Shown: one piece after another, positions 52,506 to 61,884 of the stretch | Numbering within the stretch: the first letter of the stretch is position 1 | Layout: every line of letters starts with the position of its first letter | From: Chiloscyllium plagiosum | Taxonomy: Eukaryota | Direction of reading: 5' to 3' | Assembly (NCBI RefSeq): GCF_004010195.1 | Contig: NC_057751.1 | Location: 12,882,014-12,943,897 of the forward strand | DNA: 61,884 nt | Notes under the pieces: generated by a model | The model's database searches: none | The model's input: the letters and a program-made list of their open reading frames with translations, nothing else | What the model was told of the DNA's origin: nothing | Translations under genes and position numbers: made by a program

Positions 52506-54796
52506 CAACACAAAATCAGCATATCATGCCAATGAGCAGGTTCCCAAACGTCATCCAGATTGCAAGGACTGACTGTTTCTTTAAGCATGTTGAATTTAGT
52601 TAGATCCTCGAGTGAAATATCTCTCTCTTGACTGATCAGTCAATCTGACCTTGCCCTCGAAATGCTTTAGGGGTGAAATTTGCATAACCCAATTGAAAGA
52701 TGCCTCAGACCATGAAAAGGTGCTGTGAAGCTTCCTGCTGTTTTTTGCTTGGAGATCTTTGTGTAGAAAGTGAAGAAAAGTGAGGGTAACACAGGAAGTC
52801 CTCGAGATGTATGCTGAACGGTCTGTGTCAGGAGTGTTGCTGTGTCAACAGCAACAACGATTTGCACATGTATACTGTCATTCATTTAATATAACAATGA
52901 GAACATTGTTAAAATGCCAGAAGAGTCATCAGGGAGCATTCAGTCTCTAAATGTCTCTTATCCCTTATTACTCCACCAACCTTAACAACTATTCTCCTCA
53001 CTACACTCCAAACCAACATTGAAGTCACTCTCAAAGGACTGTTTCCTCAATTAAGGAATATCAGCTGCTGCCACTGAGGAAATAGCTAGGAAGAGCAATA
53101 GATTCGGGAAGGCACTTGGTAAACAGACACTGAAGGCAATTCCGCAAAAGCAATTGTATTGTTGTTTGATCCAGTGACTTCTGTGATGAAAAGTGAATTG
53201 ATTGTACATTATTAGTTCTTATGTTGGAAAGGAAGTATGAGGTGGACCAGGGTGTCTGATCAGAAAGAGGACAATGTGATGATTAGAAGTACGAAATTTG
53301 AGAATGTTGGTGAAAAGGTGTAAAGTGACTATCTCACTCCTGAGCGTTCAGTGTTGATGGTTAAGCTTAAGAGTCTCCACACCTCAGGTAAGGGGAGTGG
53401 TTGTGGAGGAGTATGCTTCATGATTACCTCAGCTGGTGAGAGAATTGAACCCAGCCTTTTGGCGCCACTCTGTATTGCAAACTCACATCTTAAGCACACT
53501 GAATTGTCTCTAAAATACTTTGAGATATCTGATGGTTATAAAAAGGCTCTACATAAATGCAAGTCTTTCCTTTTTCAGCTCCTTTTGGACATTAGGTCAA
53601 CACAGGAGACCCCTAGGCATGACCGTGTGTTTGTATGATCTACTTCAAAGCAGTTTAATTGATGATGTTTTTCAATAATAATTCTTTAACTTTATGAAAA
53701 ATTCAGTTTTGAATATTTCAGTGCTCAATGTATCGACAACTGACTCATTGGAAATCTGTCATACCTTTTGAAATGAAACACAATTCTTTCAAAAAGCAAT
53801 GTCTGTACTTGCTTGAACATCGATAAAGCTGTTAAAAGATGGGTTTTGAAACCAATACCAAAGGTACATGTGTCTGAAACAAATCATTTCTGGATCTGTC
53901 ACGCACAGATTAAATCCTGTTAAATGATACATTCAGAAGGAGCATTCAAAATCCAGATGAGTTGAATGTAAATGAGAATTAAATTGTGTCTCAAAGCAGC
54001 TTGCATAAAATCACATATAACATTCCAGCATCAAATGTCTGTGTTGCTACATAAGTGAAAATCATTTTAAAATCTCAGTTGTACGCAGTTCTCGGTATCC
54101 CAAATGATTTTTGATTCTGGTTCTCCTGTCAACCCTGTTTACCCAGTTGTATTTGGCTCTGACATATGTGCTATTCTATTCATTCTGATCCCAGACTGTG
54201 TTGGCTGATTATTTGACTAATAAAGACATCAATGTCAAGCTCGTATCTGTCCTGATTGTAGATGGTCCAGTCTTTAGGTTTTTGGATAGCAGTTTGGAGC
54301 AGAAACCTCCAGCTCATGTGGGGATAAGATATGAAAAATACAGATGAGCCTCTGAGGTAAGCTGGGATGTTACTGTGACTGCAATCATTTTATGTTAATT
54401 TTCTATGAAGAAGTTGGAACATGTATAGCTCAGAGCATGTTTCCTCTGCCACTTTACCATCATGTGCAGGAACATAACAAATGCAGTTTCACTGTGGCTG
54501 AGAAGTCAGACTGGGTGATTTTTATTCAAGTCACTCATTGGTTAAAACATAAACTAATATCATGTAGAAGAAGCCATTTGGCTCATCATGACCCTGTTAG
54601 CTCTTTAAAAGAGCTCTCTAATTAAGCTCACTCTGCTGCTCTTTCCCTAATGCACTGTCATTCTTTTTCCTTCAAGTATTTCTCCAGTTTCCTTTTGAAT
54701 GTCATTAATAAATTTGCTTACATAATCTTTTCAGGCAGCACATTCTGAATTGTTAAGTCTCTGCATTCACAAAATGTTTCCTCATGTCACCCCATG

Positions 54797-55950
54797 TTCT
54801 TCAAGGTTCCCCACGGGAGACTGGTTAGCAAGGTTAGAGCTCATGGAATACAGGGAGAACTAGCCATTTGGTTACAGAACTGGCTCAAAGGTAGAAGACA
54901 GAGGGTGGTGGTAGAGGGTTGTTTTTCAGACTGGAGGACTGAGACCAGTGGAGTGCCACAAGGATCAGTGCTAGGTCCACTACTTTTCGTCATTTATATA
55001 AATGATTTGGATGTGAGCAGAAGAGGTATAGTTAGTAAGTTTGCAGATGACACCAAAATTGGAGGTGTGTGGACTGCCAGAAAAGTTACCTCGGATTACA
55101 ACAGGATCTTGATCAGATTGGCCAATGGGCTGAGGAGTGTCAGATAGAGTTTAATTTAGATAAATGTGAGATGTTCCATTTTGGGAAAGCAAATCTTAGT
55201 AGGACTTCAACACTTAATGGTAAGGTAATGGGGAGTGTTGCTGAACGAAGAGACCTTGAAGTGCAGGTTCATAACTCCTTGAAAGTGGAGTCGCAAGTAG
55301 ATAGGATAGTGAAGAAGGTGTTTGGTATGCTTTCCTTTATTGGTCAGAATATTGAGTATAGGAGTTGAGAGATCATGGTGCAGCTGTTCAGGACATTGGT
55401 TAGGCCACTTTTGGAATATTGCATGCAATTCTGGTCTCCTTCTTATCGGAAGGATGTTGTAAAGCTTGAATGGGTTCAGAAAAGATTTCCAAGGATGTTG
55501 CCAGGGTTGGAGGGTTTGAGCTATTGGAAGTGGTTGAATAGGCTGGGGCTGTTTTCCCCTGGAGCGTTGGAGGCTGGGGAGTGACCTTACAGAGGTTTAT
55601 AAAATCATGAGGGGCATGGATAGGGTAAATAGACAAGGTCTTTTCCCTGGGGTGGGAGAATCCAGAACCAGCACAGGTTTAGGGAGAGAGGGGAAAGATG
55701 TAAAAGATACCTAAGGGGCAGATTTTTCTTACAGAGGGTGGTGCGTGTGTGGAATGGGCTGCCAGACGAAGTGGTGGAAGCTGGTGCAATTACAAGGTTT
55801 AAAAGGCAACTGGATGGGTATATGAGTAGGAAGGGTTTGGAGGGATATGGGCTGGGTGCTGGCAGGTGGGACTAGATTGGTTTAGGATATCTGGTCGGCA
55901 TGGACAAGATGGACCGAAGGGTCTGTTTCCATGCTGTCCATCTCTATGAC
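54797..55950 (+). mobile_element. CR1/HER1 LINE 3' ~1.15 kb
   Basis: KVPHGRLVSKVRAHGI, SGVPQGSVLGPLLFVIYINDLD, SKFADDTKIGG; same family as 44209-45466. Confidence 0.92.
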
Positions 55951-55989
55951 TGATTCTTATGACAGCTTATTTCAATCTGTGTTGTCCAG

Positions 55990-56560
55990 TTACAAGCCCT
56001 TCTGCAGTTTCTCCACATCTGACGAATGTGTTTATGATTTTGAAAAAAAATCTGTGAGCCTTCTTTCTTTGGAAGAGAATAATCCCTTCTCCCCACTCTT
56101 CTCCACATAACTGAAGACCCTTGTATGTGAATCCCTTGTGCACCTTCCCTCAGGGCCTGCTATCCTCCTCAAGCTAGAATTCAACAATGAGTTCGATTTG
56201 AGCCTTAGCCAGTGTTTTTCTTTAAATGGCGCAACACCCTTGCTTACGAACTCCACTCCTGCATTAAAATATTGCTCCTCGATTGTCCTACCACCTTCAG
56301 CGACTTCTGGGAGTACATCTGTAAGCCTCCCTGTTCCTGCATGTGCAAACTGTCCCATTGAGTTCACATCGTTTCTTCCCACATTTCCAGAAAAATATAT
56401 CACATTTTAGATCATTGAATATTATTAACCATCTTCACAATAACCATATTTTCCTCGAGTTTGTGACCATCCTCTTCAATTTACAGCTTTCCTGTATTTT
56501 GTACCATGACTTGAGCTTTGAAATGATGCCCTAAGTACTCAAGTCCAAATAATTACAAGT
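55990..56560 (-). mobile_element. Highly decayed CR1 fragment
   Basis: FSYVEK...KGLFSSKERRL resembles CR1 LSYEERL...GLFSLERRRL. Confidence 0.55.
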
Positions 56561-56564
56561 TATC

Positions 56565-57375
56565 TAAAGGCTGACACTTGGAATATTGTGAGCAGTTTTG
56601 AGCCACATATCTAAGGACAAACGTGCTGGCCTTGAACGGGGTCCCGAGGAGATTCACAAGAATGTTCCTGGGAATAAAAGGCTTATCATATATGAGCAGT
56701 GGTTGAGGACTGTACTTGCTGGAGGTTAGAAGGATGAGAGGGGATCTGATTGAAACTTACAGAATACTGAGAGGCCTGAATTGAGTGGACCTGGAGAAGA
56801 TGCTTCCAGTAGTCCAAGAGACCAGATCTGGGGCACAGCCTCAGAGTGAAGGGACTACCCTTTAGAACTGAGATGAGGAGGATTGCCTTCAACCAGTGGG
56901 TAGTGAATTTGTGGAACTTATTGCTGCAGAACACTGTAGAGGCAAAGTCATTGAGTATATTTAAGACAGAGATAGATAGTTTCTTGATGAGCAAGAGGGT
57001 CAAGGGTTACAGGGATAAAGCAGGAGTAACATATCAGTCGTTATGCTTTAAATTAAGGGGGGGTAGATATAGGACTGAAGTTAGGGGTAGGTTCTTCACT
57101 CAGCGAGTCGTAAGTTCATGGAATGCCCTGCCAGTAGCAGTGGTGGACTCTCCCTCTTTATGGGCATTTAAGCGGGCATTGGATAGGTATATGGAGGATA
57201 GTGGGTTAGTATAGGTTAGGTGGGCTTGGATCGGCGCAACATCGAGGGCCAAATGGCCTGTACTGCGCTGTATTCTTCTATGTTCTATGTTCTATGTTCT
57301 ATGTTATTGAATGGTGGAGTAGACTCAGTGGGCCAAATGGCCTAACTCTGCTGCAAAATCATGTGATCTTATGGT
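56565..57375 (+). mobile_element. CR1 3' fragment with a younger CR1-type tail inserted at ~57030-57305
   Basis: Two successive F(N/T)Q-VV-WN-L motifs; (TTCTATG)n tail at 57275-57305, after which the older tail resumes. Confidence 0.8.
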
Positions 57376-59859
57376 CGAATGGTTCCAATAATAACCCTGA
57401 GAATCTATATCCTTCCAGTCAGAACAACAGTTATTCTCAGCCAGTTAGCCATTAATTTTTGCCAACTGGTCTATTATGTAATACTTTATAAAATGCCTTT
57501 TGTAATTGCACATACATATCGATGACATGCCTCTAATGTATCCTTTCCCATTACTGTGTGAAATAATGGAACTCAGTTAATAAAACATAATTTGCCTTTA
57601 ATAAATCTGTGCTGACTTCATTTATTAAGAGAATCGTTTCCAAATACCGATTCCAGGATTCTTACCTCAAAAAGCTTTCCTTCCACTGACATTTGGCTGA
57701 CCGACCTATCATTGCTCAGTTTAACACCACCCCTTCATGAACTGAATGAAATGTTTGCAGTTTTTCTGTCCACAGACACCACACCATAATAACTCAGGAG
57801 GATTTGAACTTTGTCCCCAAAGCTACTTCAGCCTCCACCTTTTAGTTCCTGGAATAATCTCAGATAAACTTCATCGGAACTAAATGGCTTTTCTGTTTCG
57901 AATATTGCAAACCTTTTAACAGTATCACTTCATCTAGTTTTCTCTTTTCCACGTTTCTCCTTCCTTTCCTGTGACATTGGTAGCATCCTCTTCTTAAGTG
58001 AAGATGAATGAAAAGGGCAGAGTCACTACTGCATCCAGACTCTCTACAAGAACTTTCTGATCCCTTATCGGTCCACTCCTTTACTGTTCTTCTGCTATTT
58101 TAGTGCATTAAAAAATCTTCTGACTTTGTTTGTGAGTTGATAATTTATTCTCAAACACAAATTCTGATAATTGTTTAGATCAATGCATTCTCTCTATGCA
58201 ACCAATTCTCGGTGGGTTAATGTATTTGAAGGACATCATAAAACACTTTTACATTTTCCATTTTATTCCCTGTATCATCAGTCCTTGAGGGAATTCTAGC
58301 TTAGGATTCTGTACCTTTCCCCCTTGTGTCCATTTGATGCCTGAACCACCTTCTTAAACCATAAGACCACAGGAAATAGGAATAACAGTTGGCCATTCGG
58401 CTCCTCAAGCTTGCTCAGTCATTCAGCAGGATCATAGCTGATTTGCCATTTCTTATATCTACTGTCCTGTCTCTTCTCCAGACCCCTTGATTCCCTGACT
58501 GATCAAGAATTCCTCTATCTCAGCTTTAAATTTACTTTGCCCCTACAGCTTTCTGTGGTGATGCGTTCTCTTTGAAGTCTCCTACTGTTCTGGTTCGGTG
58601 ATCTGAGTCAATCTCTTTGAGCTTCCCCAGCGTAATGCATAGACAGAGTTTTGACTGGAGACCTCACCACTGTTCAAAGTAGAAAATGTTGGCCAGAATT
58701 GCTTTTGGGATGCTGTTCTCATCCAGTCCCTTGAAGTACTGAATGCCTAGTAAACCTTGAGTTTGGAGGGGTGGGCTGTATGCCTTTCAGAGGGAGGTGT
58801 AGATTGAGAATGGAGGAAACCTATTTGCATTTGGAAAAGCTGTGCAGCTCTGATTTGATGCATAAAAATATGACAGATTGAGAACTGTCCAAGTGAAATG
58901 TCTCTTTAGAACCAGATTATGGAAGGGCTCCTTCTGAGCATTGAACTGTGGAATCTTTCATTTCAGCCTGTGGGACTGAATATGAACACTGATATACAGG
59001 ATGAAAAGGTGCTGGCTGCTAGTGCTGAAATGGAAAACTTTGCATCATGTTTGGTTTTTTTAACCAGGAGCTTGTGGAGCAGTGGGATATCAGGAGAGCC
59101 GATGAGATGATTAGAAGGGATGACACTGTGAAATAAAGTAAAACTTCTTAAAATCTTCCTGAATGCTGCCTCAACAAGAAGACATAATATTAAAGGTTAG
59201 AAAGCCCTGTTAGATAGAGAAGGAAAGATGGTCACAATTATTACACTTGTACTTTTAATGGGTCTGGAATGGAATGAATTGTTCAGTGATGAGCAACATT
59301 GTGCTGTAAATTGAAGTAGAACGACCATAGAGCATTGCATCAGGATTTGATGATCAAACTCCACAAAGCATTCGTAGAATATGCATAAAGCAGCACATGG
59401 TGTTCAGCAGATTCTGTTCCACAGTTAAATGCAATTACGGTCTCATTGTTGGCTATTCATCAGCTATATTGGAAGTTGAATTGCCTTTTCACATTGATAT
59501 TGTACAGTGGCTACTGGTGGCAAATTCAAATGTAAACAATATTGACTCCACATCTGCCAAAGTGTCAGGATCCTGCTTTTTTCTGGGATGCAGGAAATAT
59601 CAGAAAAACTACCAGGGAATAAGTAGCAGTCATTGTTAGTGAATCCTGATCCTTTTGTGATCTGCTAAATGGTGTGAAAGGAGCAGTTCTTCAGAAGGGG
59701 AAAGAAAAGTAGATGATGGCACTGATTGCAAGAATGAATTACTTTCTGCTGTTAATGTTATTGAAGGTAGATGTAACTCATTGAGAACATTCTGAAGGAA
59801 GGCAACCTGTCTACTATGTTTTGGTCACTACTGATTCCTCAATTGACATCACTAAATCA

Positions 59860-60059
59860 AAAATCACACAACACCAGGTTATGGTGCAATAGGTTTTTTT
59901 GGAAGTACCAGCTTTCGGACCGTTGCTCTTTCCTCAGGTACCTGACGAAGGAGCAGCGCTCAGAAAGCTGGTACTTCCAAATAAACCTGTTGAACTATAA
60001 CCTGGTGTTGTGTGATTTTTAATTTTGTCCACCGCAGTCCAACACCGACATCTCCTCAT
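59860..60059. mobile_element. Fold-back mini-element from a Penelope terminus (family of 5286-6215)
   Basis: ~81-bp imperfect inverted arms centred on caggtacctg (59935-59944), a ~39-nt one-sided tail, and 13-bp TSD catcactaaatca at 59847-59859 and 60060-60072. Confidence 0.88.
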
Positions 60060-60177
60060 CATCACTAAATCAGATCATCAGCCCATTTATCTCTTTCCTG
60101 CTTGTGGTACCTTGACAAATGCAAATTGACTGCTGTGTTTCCGATGTTACAATAGTGACCAACCTTCAAACGTACTC

Positions 60178-60452
60178 AATAAAATCCCAAAGAACTGCAG
60201 ATGCTGAAAATCAGAAACAAAAACAGAAATTGATGGAAAAGCTCAGCAAGTCTGGCGGCATCTGTGGAGAGAAATCAAAGTTTACATTTCGGGTCCAGTG
60301 ATCCTTCTTCAGAATTGATGGCAGAACTGACATTTTCCTACCTGCCATCTGTACTGAGGAAGGGTTACTGGACTCAAAACTTTAACTTTAATTTATCTTC
60401 ACAGATGCTGCCAGACCTGCTGAGCTTTACCAGCAATTTCTGTTTTTGTTTC
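60178..60452. mobile_element. Fold-back mini-element from a third Penelope-like terminus family
   Basis: Inverted arms from 60214 (gaaacaaaaacagaaattg) to 60452 (caatttctgtttttgtttc), a ~36-nt one-sided tail, and a degenerate flank repeat caaacgta/caaatgta. Confidence 0.8.
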
Positions 60453-61059
60453 AAATGTATTTCATTGGCTGTAAAATGCTTAAACATGTCCAGATATTGT
60501 GTCAGGTGCTCCACGGGTGCAAGTCTATCCATCGGAGTACAGTGTAAAATGTAAAATTGGGGAGTGCCATTCAGAGATGGGGTCCCATTTTAACAACACC
60601 TCAATGTGCAGTAATACTGACTGCATTCTCTAATACAATTCCTGTAACGATGGCTTTTGACTGCAGTTCAGTATTATCTTGTTATTTGTCTGTGACTGCT
60701 ATGATTGATTTAAATAGTGAAAAGAATTAGCCCTCACTGTTCTAATGCCAGCTCTCGCTGGATTTAATCAAGAATTTGACTGAGTCCCTTTTTGAAAGGG
60801 ATGGACACCTGGCTCTCCAGTCCTGATTGCTTTCCATACATTTACTGTTTAATATCCAAGATCATAATTGATTAGTACTATATTGAATGTTTTATTAAAG
60901 TGATTGGAATTGTCCAAACACAAAACTCTTCTTTCTGATGATTTATGTTTCATATCAAACACATGGTTCTGCACATTTTAAGGGTTCTGATTGTGAGCCC
61001 TTACAACAGGGGAGGCAATAGGCTAATGGTATTATCACTGGACTGTTAATCCAGAAACT

Positions 61060-61884
61060 GGATTAGTGGTGGTGGAAGAGCACAGCAGTTCAGGCAGCAT
61101 CCAAGGAGCTTTGAAATTGACGTTTCGGGCAAAAGCCCTTCATCAGGAATAAAGTCAGTGAGCCTGAAGCTTGGAGAGATAAACTAGAGGAGGGTGGGGG
61201 TGGGGAGGAAGTAGCATAGAGTACAATGGGTGAGTGGGGGAGGGGATGAAGGTGATAGGTCAGGGAGGAGAGGGTGGAGTGGATAGGTGGAAAAGGAGAT
61301 AGGCAGGTAGGACAAGTCCGGACAAGTCATGGGGACAGTGCTGAGCTGGAAGTTTGGAACTAGGGTGAGGTGGGGGAAGGGGAAACGAGGAAACTGTTGA
61401 AGTCCACATTGATGCCCTGGGGCTGAAGTGTTCCGAGGCGTTCTTCCTCCAGGCGTCTGATGGTGAGAGAGCGGCGGTGAAGGAGGCCCAGGACCTCCAC
61501 GTCCTCAGCAGAGTGGGAGGGAGAGTTGAAATGTTGGGCCACAGGGCGGTGTGGTTGATTGGTGGGGGTGTCCCGGAGATGTTCCCTAAAGCGCTCTGCT
61601 AGGAGGCGCCCAGTCTCCCCAATGTAGAGGAGACCGCATCAGGAACAACGGATACAATAAATGATATTAGTGGATGTGCAAGTAAAACCTTGATGGATGT
61701 GGAAGGCTCGTTTAGGGCCTTGGATAGAGGTGAGGGATGAAGTGTGGGCACAGGTTTTACAGTTCCTGCAGTGGCGGGGAAAGTGCCAGGATGGGAGGGT
61801 GGGTTGTAGGGGGGCGTGGACCTGACCAGGTAGTCACGGCGGGAACGGTCTTTGCCGAAGGCGGAAAGGGGTGGGGAGGGAAAT
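61060..61884 (-). mobile_element. Penelope-like element 3' part, running off the window end
   Basis: Minus strand FTCTSTNIIYCIRCS*CGLLYIGETGRLLAERFREH...AQHFNSPSHS...LGTLQPQGINVDF (GIY-YIG); pyrimidine-rich 3' UTR; terminal hammerhead-like core. Confidence 0.88.
61119..61146 (-). ncRNA. Minimal hammerhead ribozyme-like motif
   Basis: CTGATGA-A-GGGC tttt GCCC-GAAA-CGTC: both core boxes, a 4-bp stem II, palindromic ACGT stem III and a GUC cleavage triplet; stem I poorly paired. Confidence 0.6.

Larger units (their letters stand above)
59815..60530 (+). mobile_element. DeuSINE remnant interrupted by two fold-back elements
   Basis: With inserts removed it reads ...catcactaaatcagat...gcaaattgactgctgtgtttcc...acaatagtgacc...cttcaaa...ttcattggctgtaaa...tgcaagtct. 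Confidence 0.6.

Noticed and set aside
56032-56410. Overlapping 123-aa and 90-aa ORFs
   Set aside because: The minus strand is a decayed CR1 C-terminal region

Overview
Eukaryotic, AT-rich, repeat-dense genomic DNA, almost certainly from a shark or ray (inferred from HE1-type V-SINEs, CR1/HER1-type LINEs and DeuSINE remnants). It is not prokaryotic, and I see no operons, CRISPR arrays, rRNA or bona fide tRNA genes. Nearly all listed ORFs are retroelement debris or chance frames. The only convincing host coding sequence is two phase-0 exons on the + strand (16659-16733, 75 bp; 26329-26424, 96 bp) of a TSPAN15-like TspanC8 tetraspanin, so the rest of the window is probably its introns. The introns hold many CR1 fragments, HE1 SINEs and Penelope-like elements (PLEs) with GIY-YIG remnants. 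They also hold a near full-length dead L1 carrying three nested insertions, a solo LTR and a 33-bp minisatellite. The most unusual structure is a set of short fold-back (palindromic) mini-elements built from PLE termini. They come from three sequence families, two have clean target-site duplications (TSDs), and they carry hammerhead-ribozyme-like cores. Repeat boundaries were read by eye and are approximate unless a TSD or splice site is quoted. Family names come from recognition, not from a database search.
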